Positions 32,562 to 41,126 of a stretch of 41,300 nt of DNA are shown piece after piece. The notes under the pieces are model-generated. The model had not been told where the DNA came from. It did no database searches and saw only the letters and a list, made by a program, of their open reading frames with translations. Both the position numbers and the translations under genes were made by a program. This stretch comes from Planctomycetaceae bacterium (lineage in GTDB: Bacteria; Planctomycetota; Phycisphaerae; Phycisphaerales; SM1A02): contig NSIA01000077.1 in the NCBI GenBank assembly GCA_002737585.1, positions 1-41,300 of the forward strand, given 5' to 3'. Each line of letters begins with the position of its first letter. Within the stretch, counting starts at the first letter, position 1.

Positions 32562-34451
32562 TTAAATCACCGAATCATGAGTAGCAAGGTTGTGCGCCGG
32601 AGCAGTATTCAACTGCACCAACTTAGCACCCTGCACTTCCTTGGCAGCGTCCGGATCAACATAATCGCTGTGGCAATTCGCCTTTCCTTCTTCAGCACCC
32701 ACTGCCTTGCGGGTCTTTGACGCCAGTTTGTGAATCTCATCAGGGCTCAAGACTCCACGCTTGGCAAGAATCTCTTGTTGCTCCACGCTGAGGGCCGCGC
32801 TCTGCACCGGCTTGCCGCGCTGATACTCCTCATCCTTACCGCTCGCAAATTCTTGGATCTCCTTGCTGATGCGCACACTGCACCAGTCATGACCACACAT
32901 GGCGCAGAAATCCGTATCAACATCAAGGTCCTCATCGTGGTACGCACGAGCGGTGTCTGGGTCAAAGCTCAATTCAAAGTGCTTCTCCCAGTTCAATGCT
33001 GCGCGCGCCTTGGTGAGTTCATCGTCGCGGTCACGCGCGCCCGGAATACCAAGCGCTACATCCGCTGCATGAGCTGCGATTTTGTAAGCAATACAACCCT
33101 GTTTGACGTCATCTTTCTTAGGAAGCCCCAAGTGTTCCTTGGGCGTCACGTAGCACAACATGCTGGCTCCGTGATAGCCCGCGGCGGTGGCACCAATGCA
33201 ACTGGTAATGTGGTCGTAGCCCGGAAAGATGTCCGTGACCAGCGGCCCAAGAACATAGAACGGCGCGCCGTGACACAACGTGCGCTGCAATTTCATGTTG
33301 AATTCAATCTGATCGAACGGCACGTGCCCCGGGCCTTCAACCATCACTTGCACGCCCATCCGCCAGGCGCGCTCAGTCAGCTCGCCGATCGTTTCCAGCT
33401 CCGACAACTGTGCGCGGTCCGTGGCATCAGCCAATCCACCGGGACGAAGGCCATCGCCAATTGAGAAAGTCACATCGTGGCGACGCAACACTTCGCAAAT
33501 TCGCTCCCACCCGTCGTACATCGGATTCTGTTTGTTGTTCACCAGCATCCACTTGGCGAGCAGTGATCCACCGCGACTCACAATTCCAATCAATCGGCGC
33601 TTGATGAACGGCAAATGTTCGCGCAAGACGCCCGCGTGAATGGTGAAGTAGTCAACGCCTTGGCGCGCCTGGTGCTCCAAAGTTTCCAGAATCATTGACT
33701 CATCCAGGTCCTCAAGCTTGCGCCCGATGATCATTGAATAGATTGGCACAGTGCCAATCGGTACGGTGCTGTTGCGAATGAGGGCGTCGCGACATTCGTC
33801 CAAATTGCCGCCGGTGGATAGGTCCATGACCGTATCCGCGCCCCATTTTTCAGCCCATTTCAACTTTTCTACTTCTTCATGCGTGCCACTGGAGACCGGC
33901 GACGCGCCCATGTTGGCATTGATCTTGGTCTTGGAAGCGCGCCCAATAGCCATTGGGTCAAGCCCATACCCAAGGTGGGTAATGTTGGCAGGGATCACCA
34001 TGCGACCAGCAGCGATCTCGTCGCGCACTTGTAGGGCAGTGAGGTGTGACTCACGCTCCGCAACGCGCGTCATCTGCGCCGTGATAACGCCAAGTCGCGC
34101 GCTCTCAAGTTGCGTCACCGCAACAAAGCCCTTGGGATAGACCACGCGCATCCACTCGCCGCGCGCACTGACAAATTCCACTGCGCAGTGTGCAGGACCA
34201 TGACTGCTGTCCTGATGACTACTGGTTGGTGCTGCAGGCAATCGCACGCATGACCATCCCGTTGGCAGAAAGTCCCAAGCAGTGCGAAGGCTCGGCTCCG
34301 GCATCCCGGGTGTATCTGGTGAACTAAATGCCAGCGGCCCGCCAATATCCGCGCGCCGTGCAAAGCTGCCGGCAGTAGTGCCCTGTGCTTCAGAGGACGG
34401 GTTGTGTGCCCCATGAAGGGGAAGTGCGTATCCGGCTGCGGTATTGGTCAT
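32562..34451 (-). CDS. thiC: Phosphomethylpyrimidine (HMP-P) synthase
   Basis: 'GTVPIY', 'DYFTIHAG', 'IVSRGGS', '[24 protein letters not shown]' and the C-terminal '[12 protein letters not shown]' Fe-S motif are present. The ATG at 34451 lies 7 nt after GAGGA. The ORF-track TTG at 34502 would run into the riboswitch expression platform. Confidence 0.95.
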   Translation of the reverse strand: MTNTAAGYALPLHGAHNPSSEAQGTTAGSFARRADIGGPLAFSSPDTPGMPEPSLRTAWDFLPTGWSCVRLPAAPTSSHQDSSHGPAHCAVEFVSARGEWMRVVYPKGFVAVTQLESARLGVITAQMTRVAERESHLTALQVRDEIAAGRMVIPANITHLGYGLDPMAIGRASKTKINANMGASPVSSGTHEEVEKLKWAEKWGADTVMDLSTGGNLDECRDALIRNSTVPIGTVPIYSMIIGRKLEDLDESMILETLEHQARQGVDYFTIHAGVLREHLPFIKRRLIGIVSRGGSLLAKWMLVNNKQNPMYDGWERICEVLRRHDVTFSIGDGLRPGGLADATDRAQLSELETIGELTERAWRMGVQVMVEGPGHVPFDQIEFNMKLQRTLCHGAPFYVLGPLVTDIFPGYDHITSCIGATAAGYHGASMLCYVTPKEHLGLPKKDDVKQGCIAYKIAAHAADVALGIPGARDRDDELTKARAALNWEKHFELSFDPDTARAYHDEDLDVDTDFCAMCGHDWCSVRISKEIQEFASGKDEEYQRGKPVQSAALSVEQQEILAKRGVLSPDEIHKLASKTRKAVGAEEGKANCHSDYVDPDAAKEVQGAKLVQLNTAPAHNLATHDSVI

Positions 34452-34550
34452 GTGATCATCCTCATGGAAATGGGCGGCCAAGCATTGCTGACCACCATGC
34501 AAACCGGTATGGGGATGAACAGCACTGCCGCAGGGGTGCGGTATGTGCCG

Positions 34551-34635
34551 TTCGCTTCCCTACGCCGGTACGAACCGGGTCAGGTTCCGCGGGTACTTCT
34601 CAGCGGACCACAAACGTGGCCGCGCCCCGAGCGAA
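34551..34635 (-). promoter_or_regulatory. TPP (THI-box) riboswitch aptamer in the thiC leader
   Basis: The minus strand reads UUCGCUCGGGGCGCGGCCACGUUUGUGGUCCGCUGAGAAGUACCCGCGGAACCUGACCCGGUUCGUACCGGCGUAGGGAAGCGAA. It contains the conserved CUGAGA, ACCC, AACCUGA and GGCGUAGGGAAG elements. The P1 stem UUCGCU/AGCGAA closes it. Its collinearity with E. coli thiM is close. Confidence 0.85.
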
Positions 34636-35069
34636 TCGCCAAAGTCTATGCCGGAGTCTTGGACCCGCGGCTTGCAGGTTCCGCTTAGAGCCGCAATAAT
34701 CCTCATAATTCGCTATTGAATCTTGACATTTATCCGCGGTCGACAAGCATTCACGTGTTAGTAAAATTCGCCCGATAGACTCGACGTGTTGCAGTTTGAA
34801 CGCTGAAACAGTCAGTGGACGCCACCGCGCTCGTGATTTGCAAGTGCCACATGAGCGAGGTTGATTGTTTGGATACGTTACGTGTGTATGTCTGTGTTTG
34901 AGTCAGATTCCGTCTCCGCGGGCACCGGAACAATCCGGTGGGGGATGTCTAGATCGCGGCACATTGGCTGAGCCAGTGTGCGTGCCAAATTTCGGGGGCC
35001 AGTGCAGCGTCCGCTTCAGCGGGCGACCTTCGTATCTGGAAGTGCCTGCCTTCCGAGATTTTCTCCGCA

Positions 35070-36023
35070 ATGCTGCATAGCCCGCCCCGCTTCTCTGATC
35101 CAAGCCTCCCGCCTCTTGACGAAGCCGATCGCAAGATCATTGACATCCTGATGCTTGATGGCCGCGCCTCTGGTCGCGAGCTCGCACAGCAGACTGGTAT
35201 CTCCGAAGCCAACGTCAGCCGACGTTTAGCCCGACTGATTGAAGAAAAATCCGTTCGAGTCCTCGGCTTCGTTCCACCGGAATTCCTGGGGCTGAACACG
35301 CAGTTTGTTGCATACCTGCGCACCAACGGAAGCACTGATGCAGCGGCAGCAAGTCTGCTTGCACACGAACAGATTTCCTACATCAGCGCAGCGCTGGGGG
35401 CATGTGATCTTGTCATCTATGGGACCGCCCGCGACACCATGGAAATGGTCTCCATCATGGACCGTGCCATTGTTGACAACCCACTCATTCACGACTCCGA
35501 GTGTCATGTAGTCCTTGAATTCCCTGATGCAAAGCGCGGCCACGCGCCGTCAGTCACCCAAGTCGTGCCGCGGCAGATCGACCATACTGACCGACAAATC
35601 ATCCGCCAGGCACAGCAAGATGCACGCATGTCATTCACTGACATCGCACTGCAAACGAATATCTCGCCAACAAGCGCCGCTGATCGATTCCGCAAACTAC
35701 TGACCGACGGAATCATTCGGGTCATCACGCTTCCGGATCCATCACGTGTCGGGTTGACACTGTCCGGCAATGTGCGCATCGTGGCTGATACAGCCACCCG
35801 AGCGCTCGCCGGCGAATTGAACAAACTGCCAGAAATCGCCAGTCTTGCCATTGTGAGCGGGCGCTTCCAAATCGCTGCCGATTTCAACACCCGTGATTCC
35901 GCTCACTTTGATGACTTCCGAACACGGATTCTCAACACCCGCGGTGTGCAGCACGCCGAGATATGCATCGATCGAAAGTTGTATCGACAGCATTTCAACT
36001 GGGCCACCCCCGAGGGGGCGTGA
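35070..36023 (+). CDS. Lrp/AsnC-family regulator made of two complete HTH+RAM modules in one chain
   Basis: Module 1 is 'LDEADRKIIDILMLDGRASGRELAQQTGISEANVSRRLARLIEEKSV' plus a RAM-like half. Module 2 is 'IDHTDRQIIRQAQQDARMSFTDIALQTNISPTSAADRFRKLLTDGII' plus a second RAM-like half. Confidence 0.85.
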   Translation: MLHSPPRFSDPSLPPLDEADRKIIDILMLDGRASGRELAQQTGISEANVSRRLARLIEEKSVRVLGFVPPEFLGLNTQFVAYLRTNGSTDAAAASLLAHEQISYISAALGACDLVIYGTARDTMEMVSIMDRAIVDNPLIHDSECHVVLEFPDAKRGHAPSVTQVVPRQIDHTDRQIIRQAQQDARMSFTDIALQTNISPTSAADRFRKLLTDGIIRVITLPDPSRVGLTLSGNVRIVADTATRALAGELNKLPEIASLAIVSGRFQIAADFNTRDSAHFDDFRTRILNTRGVQHAEICIDRKLYRQHFNWATPEGA

Positions 36024-36109
36024 TACTCATGAGATACGGGTGATGTCGTGCATCGCGCTACGCAGCGCGAAGACCCCGCAACCGTCACGGTGCGGATATC
36101 GTCTTCCGA

Positions 36110-36616
36110 ATGGACAGCATTACTCTTATTCGTGAAACACACTGCTGGATGCGCTGGCTCACTGGGCGCACTCTGGATGCAGCATCCGCCCTGCCAGATG
36201 CGGACTTTCGCCGGGAATTCCCCATTGGATCCGGGAGCGTTCACGGAACACTGACGCATCTCCTTGGCGCAGAGCGCATTTGGATGAATGCCATTCACGG
36301 AAACGCCACCGCGGTCATGGCGTCCACTGAAGAATTTCCATCCATCGACTCCATTCGCAACGGATGGCCCGTCATACGCGGGGCATGGGATACCTATCTC
36401 AGCCAACTGACCGACGACGAGTGCAGCCGAGTCATCATGCGAGTGAGGGATGGCAAAGAGGTTCGCCAACTCGTGCGCGACATCGTGGTGCAACTACCGA
36501 CCCATGCGCTGTATCACAACGCGCAAATGTCCTTCATGTTTCGGCAGATGGGCCACTCGCTCCCCGATTCCAGTTGGATCCTGTGGCGACGCGAGCAACT
36601 CGCACAAACAAAGTAA
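36110..36616 (+). CDS. DinB-family (DinB_2-like four-helix bundle) protein
   Basis: The 168-aa product has the His triad spacing typical of DinB: 'HGTLTHLLGAERIW' and 'LPTHALYHNAQMSFMFRQMGH'. Confidence 0.75.
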   Translation: MDSITLIRETHCWMRWLTGRTLDAASALPDADFRREFPIGSGSVHGTLTHLLGAERIWMNAIHGNATAVMASTEEFPSIDSIRNGWPVIRGAWDTYLSQLTDDECSRVIMRVRDGKEVRQLVRDIVVQLPTHALYHNAQMSFMFRQMGHSLPDSSWILWRREQLAQTK

Positions 36617-37596
36617 TGAAAGCTCCGATCGCTTCCTATGCCATCACGCTCGCGGACGTCAGCGCCGCAGCCGGACGTATTGCGCCCTATGTGCTGCGTA
36701 CACCAGTGATTGACAGTGATGTACTGCGTGAACTCACCGGTCGAGCGGTGGTATTCAAATGCGAGTCGATGCAACGAACCGGCAGTTTCAAGATTCGTGG
36801 CGCAACCAACGCCGTCCGTAGTATTTCGGAGGCGGATGCCTCGCGCGGCGTGGTCACACATAGCTCAGGAAATCATGCGCTAGCGCTCGCCACCGCCGCA
36901 GCGGAGCGGGGCATGCCAGCGCATGTGGTGATGCCAGAAAATGCATCACCAACCAAGCGCACTGCAGTGCTGCGTGCTGGCGCGCAGGTAGTCACCTGCG
37001 GAAACTCCGGGGCCGAGCGCGAAGCAATGGCTGCCGAGGTTCAAGCCCGCACCGGCGCCACCATGGTGCCGCCCTTTGACCATCCGTGGGTCATGGCTGG
37101 TCAGGGAACAATCGCCCTGGAAATTCTGGAACAAGTACCCAACGCTGGCACGCTGGTCATCCCCGTCGGCGGTGGTGGCATGTTGGCTGGCATGGCGATC
37201 GCGGCTCGCACGTTGCGGCCAGATATTCGAATCATCGGCGCCGAACCAGAACTTGCGGGCGATGCCGCAGAGTCCAAGCGCACCGGCAGGCGGGCTCCGC
37301 AGCGTCCGCCAGTGACGATCGCTGATGGACTGCGGACATCGCTTGGTGAACTGACGTTCCCAGTAATCCGTGACCTAGTCGATGACGTCGCCTTAGTTTC
37401 AGAGGCAGAGATCATTGCCGCCATGCGCATCATCTTCACGCGCGCGAGATTAGTGATTGAGCCAAGCGCGGCGGTTGGGGTTGCAGCCATCCTCGCGGGG
37501 CGAGTCGGCGGCGCGATGGATCTGCCCACTGTGTGCGTGTTGTGCGGAGGAAATGTTGACTTAGCCAACCTGCCGTGGTCCGCGCTGCCAGCCTGA
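36616..37596 (+). CDS. PLP-dependent serine/threonine dehydratase family enzyme (fold type II; threonine ammonia-lyase / serine racemase / hydroxyaspartate dehydratase-like)
   Basis: 'ESMQRTGSFKIRGA' carries the PLP lysine. 'HSSGNHALALA' and 'IPVGGGGMLAG' (phosphate-binding Gly loop) are also present. There is no C-terminal ACT regulatory domain. The ATG overlaps the DinB stop (TAATG). Confidence 0.85.
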   Translation: MKAPIASYAITLADVSAAAGRIAPYVLRTPVIDSDVLRELTGRAVVFKCESMQRTGSFKIRGATNAVRSISEADASRGVVTHSSGNHALALATAAAERGMPAHVVMPENASPTKRTAVLRAGAQVVTCGNSGAEREAMAAEVQARTGATMVPPFDHPWVMAGQGTIALEILEQVPNAGTLVIPVGGGGMLAGMAIAARTLRPDIRIIGAEPELAGDAAESKRTGRRAPQRPPVTIADGLRTSLGELTFPVIRDLVDDVALVSEAEIIAAMRIIFTRARLVIEPSAAVGVAAILAGRVGGAMDLPTVCVLCGGNVDLANLPWSALPA

Positions 37597-37613
37597 AACG
37601 TCACGCTCCCGAG

Positions 37614-38651
37614 TCACGTCCAGTGCGACAACAGCAACCCAAGGTCGAAACCGTTCGTGGTTCCGTCGTTGTTCAAATCCGTGGGTCCTGGTTGCCCCCA
37701 ACCAGAAAGCAGCAAGCCAAGGTCAAAGCCATTGACCACACCGTCGCCATTGATGTCACCAATGATCGGGGCTGGAACGCCATTCATGACCAAGCTTGAA
37801 CTACCAACGGTGGTGCTCGACCCATCCGCAAAGGTGCCGCTGATCAGTAGGTGAGCCACTTGCCCGGCGGGAATGATGGTCGGCAGATCAAACGGCGCGC
37901 TGACCAATGGTGGTGCCGCGGGCACCGGAACCGTCTCGTTGATCGTTCCCTGGGAGGTGAGAGAGATGGCATTGCCAACGATGGAGAATGTTCCTGTGAG
38001 CGCCATCGCTGCTGGTGCACTGTTCGTGAATGGCTGCCCAAGCGCAGTTCCCGCGGCGGAAATAGTCACCGGTACGGTCACGGCAAATGCCCAGGTGCCG
38101 TCAGTGTTTGGCGTCGCAACACCAATCGCTGCACCCGACTGAACCGCAGTCGCCGCAGTCAACGAACCACTGTCCACCGGCACATCAACATTGGTCAAAC
38201 CAATGAATGTGGAAGAGGGTTGCACCGTGCGAAATGTTGAATAGGTGAGCAGCATCGAAGTGCTGATCGTTCCCACTTGCCCCGCCAGCGTGTCCACAAG
38301 CAGGCTCGACACATCAACGACGCCAGTAGTTGGATTGAATCCAAACTGAAAGGTGCCCGTCGGATGTGTGTTGGTGATCGACACCTGTGGTTTCACGGTC
38401 GAAGAGAATGGGATGGCCGTATTCCCAGAACCACCAAAGAATCCTGGAATGGTGCGTGTGCCAGTTTCGTTCGTGACGGCCACGTAATTTCCAATCCAAG
38501 TGCCCGCAAGCGGAATTTGAATATTCGTCTGTTGCGTGTAGGTGCTGGCTGGTGCCACCGTGCAATTCCATCGGCTCTCAGCAGCGCCTGCGGTTCCTGA
38601 AATCATGGCAAGTGCGGCGGAGAATCCGAGTGTGGAAAGTGATCGGCTCAT
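37614..38651 (-). CDS. Secreted Thr/Ser/Gly-rich protein with a C-terminal dockerin-type repeat pair
   Basis: The ATG at 38651 gives the signal peptide 'MSRSLSTLGFSAALAMISGTAGAAE'. The C-terminus is 'GDINGDGVVNGFDLGLLLSGWG...DLNNDGTTNGFDLGLLLSHW', two EF-hand-like dockerin repeats. Confidence 0.75.
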   Translation of the reverse strand: MSRSLSTLGFSAALAMISGTAGAAESRWNCTVAPASTYTQQTNIQIPLAGTWIGNYVAVTNETGTRTIPGFFGGSGNTAIPFSSTVKPQVSITNTHPTGTFQFGFNPTTGVVDVSSLLVDTLAGQVGTISTSMLLTYSTFRTVQPSSTFIGLTNVDVPVDSGSLTAATAVQSGAAIGVATPNTDGTWAFAVTVPVTISAAGTALGQPFTNSAPAAMALTGTFSIVGNAISLTSQGTINETVPVPAAPPLVSAPFDLPTIIPAGQVAHLLISGTFADGSSTTVGSSSLVMNGVPAPIIGDINGDGVVNGFDLGLLLSGWGQPGPTDLNNDGTTNGFDLGLLLSHWT

Positions 38652-38719
38652 AGTGGAAACGTAGCACGAATCGCCCAATTGTCCAACAACGGATCGGGAG
38701 AACCAGACGCTCAGAGTGT

Positions 38720-41071
38720 CTATATCTGCGACCAAAGGCCCAGTAGCAGCCCCAAATCCGCGCCGTTGACGTGACCGTCAAAGTTCAGGTCGCCAATGAG
38801 CGGGTATTGCGCTCCGAACTCCCCCAGCAGAATTCCCAAGTCAGCACCGTTCACAACGCCGTCATGGTTGAGATCCGCGTTGGGCGGACATGATGGGCAC
38901 TCGTGTCGAATCCAATAATTGGTTCCGTCAAATCCGGGGGGCACCGGCGGCTCGTCCGGCGGCGGCGGGTTCGCGGGGTCTGGCTCGGTGCACGGTTGAC
39001 CACTTCGGATTGGCCCAACATCCATGCCCAATGTCACCACTGCGTACCACGGTCCACCCGTCACGGTGATGTTCTGCACCACTGGCGCACATCGCCCGCC
39101 AAACCAAATCGAGTGTGTCTCCAATGGTCCATTCATCGGGCCGCGCATCAGGTGCAGCTCTGCAGGAAACTCTGCGTCAAGCGTGAGACGAATGACGCGC
39201 GAGCCGGTGTCTTCGCCAAGCGCGTACCAATCGGTGTCACGCGGCGATCCAGTGGTGCACGAGCCCGCCACAGTGTGCCCCGCGGGTAGTTGCGAAACCG
39301 CTCCAAAGCGCGTTGGACCATCGTTGGTGTGTAGGTAGCACACTTCATCGTTTGGCCGCGCGCCGGCCGGAACAGTGATGGTGCACGGCGGAAGCCCGCA
39401 CAGTGCGGCGGCCCGAGCAACGCAGACCCAGTCCCAAGTGGCACCGTCGCAGTAGCCATCCAGTGGCGTCACTCGCGCGCAGCAATCCGGATCTTCGCAG
39501 CCCGGATCCGGGTGCACCTCATTGCACGGTCCGTAGGACGGACAGACAAGTCCATCGCATTCCGTGTTGGCAAGATCTACGCACACTTCATCCCAGGTCA
39601 CGATGCAGCAGTCCGGTGCGATGCTGCACACCGCATCGCAACACGGCGTCGTGAAACATCCAGGATTGGCATGCACCTCATCGCAGCGACCGCCACCTCC
39701 GGTTGGTCCACAGGCGGGGGGCGGAACAAGTGATGCGGCTGCCGGCGAAGCCCCCGGATCTGCGCCAAATCCAGCTAACCGGCGCGCAATCACGCATGCC
39801 GGAGAGTCGCCCAGCGAATACTCCGTTGCCAACACCGCCAGTTCGGATTTCACTCGCTGCTGGTTTCGAGCAGTGAATGCGGTGCCGCCGCAGTCACGCA
39901 GATTTCGATAGCCGAGCGCAGCATGCCCGGCAATATCTGCCTCGATCAGATCAAGGTCGCAGTCACCATCGATGTTCACGGCAAGAAAATGCCGCGCAAA
40001 GCTGGAGTACTCAAGCGACTTGGGCGCCGCAAATGCAACACCTGCAGCAGTTGAATCATTGCGCCACACCAAGATATTGCCAGGGAGCGCGGTACTCGTC
40101 ACTGCGTCAAGGTCGCCATCGCCATCAAAGTCCGCCAGCAGCGCGCCCCAGTGGTAGCCACCGGTAATTTCGCCCACCTTCACCGCACTTCCAAAGCCAC
40201 CAGCACCGTCGTTGCGGAACATCACCAGTGGCTGATCCGCTCCAGTGGACAAGAGTGGCGCACACATATCGATGTCGCCATCGCCATCCACGTCACCAAT
40301 ATCAAAGGTGACAATTGCTGGCCGAGTGATATTAGGAAAGTCGGGTGCGAGCCAAGAAATTGGCGCACGGAATGACCCGCCCACTTGTCCAAAGAAGATG
40401 TCAAAGCGTCGCGTGCCCATGCACCCAACCACCAAATCCGTGCGACCATCGGCGTTGAGATCGCCTGCCAGCACATCTTGCGGGCCAGGGGCTCCGCCGC
40501 TCCACGCGTCCACGCGGATTCGTTGTGAGACCGTGAAGTTTCCGGTTCCGCCGTTCAGCAAGATGGCAATGTGCTCGCTTGCATAGCAGGAAACCGCAAA
40601 GTCAATGTCGCCATCGCCGTCAAAGTCACCCTTGGCAATCGAACGCGGCTCACGATCAAGTTGAATCATGGCGCTCGACACCATCAACCCACTGGCTGCT
40701 CGGCGCAGCACTTGCAAGCGCCCCGCATACGAGCGGATCACCAGTACCAATTCATCGGCGCCGTCGCCATCAATGTCGGCAGCGACGGCGTCATCCACTT
40801 GTCCATCAACATCGACGGTTTGCATGGGACCGGCACTGCCATCGGTGTTGAAAGTGCACCAGTTGAGAATGTTCAAGCTGTCTCGCCCGGGGAGCAGCAA
40901 ATCAATCTTGCCATCGCCGTCCATGTCAAAGAGCCGCGCGCGCGTCGGATAGTGCGCAGGCGTGCACTCCGCGTAAAAGTCTGGCTCGGTAGCAAAGGTG
41001 ACATCGGCGCGTGACGCCGGCGTGATCCACGCAAACAACATCAACGTGATCACGCTGCACACCACGCGCAT
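38720..41071 (-). CDS. Secreted FG-GAP/VCBS (integrin-alpha-like) propeller protein with a duplicated Cys-rich module, a PPC-like domain and a C-terminal dockerin pair
   Basis: The signal peptide is 'MRVVCSVITLMLFAWITPASRA'. There are seven Ca-binding loops: DMDGDGKID, DIDGDGADE, DFDGDGDID, DLNADGRTD, DVDGDGDID, DFDGDGDLD and NIDGDCDLD. Two 8-Cys modules follow. 'PRDTDWYAL...LTLDAEFPAELHLM' is pre-peptidase C-terminal-like. The end is 'DLNHDGVVNGADLGILLGEFG...DLNFDGHVNGADLGLLLGLW'. The ATG at 41098 is an alternative start. Confidence 0.85.
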   Translation of the reverse strand: MRVVCSVITLMLFAWITPASRADVTFATEPDFYAECTPAHYPTRARLFDMDGDGKIDLLLPGRDSLNILNWCTFNTDGSAGPMQTVDVDGQVDDAVAADIDGDGADELVLVIRSYAGRLQVLRRAASGLMVSSAMIQLDREPRSIAKGDFDGDGDIDFAVSCYASEHIAILLNGGTGNFTVSQRIRVDAWSGGAPGPQDVLAGDLNADGRTDLVVGCMGTRRFDIFFGQVGGSFRAPISWLAPDFPNITRPAIVTFDIGDVDGDGDIDMCAPLLSTGADQPLVMFRNDGAGGFGSAVKVGEITGGYHWGALLADFDGDGDLDAVTSTALPGNILVWRNDSTAAGVAFAAPKSLEYSSFARHFLAVNIDGDCDLDLIEADIAGHAALGYRNLRDCGGTAFTARNQQRVKSELAVLATEYSLGDSPACVIARRLAGFGADPGASPAAASLVPPPACGPTGGGGRCDEVHANPGCFTTPCCDAVCSIAPDCCIVTWDEVCVDLANTECDGLVCPSYGPCNEVHPDPGCEDPDCCARVTPLDGYCDGATWDWVCVARAAALCGLPPCTITVPAGARPNDEVCYLHTNDGPTRFGAVSQLPAGHTVAGSCTTGSPRDTDWYALGEDTGSRVIRLTLDAEFPAELHLMRGPMNGPLETHSIWFGGRCAPVVQNITVTGGPWYAVVTLGMDVGPIRSGQPCTEPDPANPPPPDEPPVPPGFDGTNYWIRHECPSCPPNADLNHDGVVNGADLGILLGEFGAQYPLIGDLNFDGHVNGADLGLLLGLWSQI

Positions 41072-41126
41072 GTTGTGGCCGTCGAATTGCACTGTCATTG
41101 ATATGAGTTCATTCGCGGAGGTGTTC

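Noticed and set aside
34865-35080. A 71-aa Cys-rich ORF ('MFGYVTCVCLCLSQ...') in the thiC/Lrp intergenic region, considered as a possible small secreted or RiPP-like peptide.
   Set aside because: It starts at a TTG with no Shine-Dalgarno sequence and overlaps the ATG of the Lrp-like gene. No maturation or transport genes are nearby. The region is better explained as structured leader RNA.
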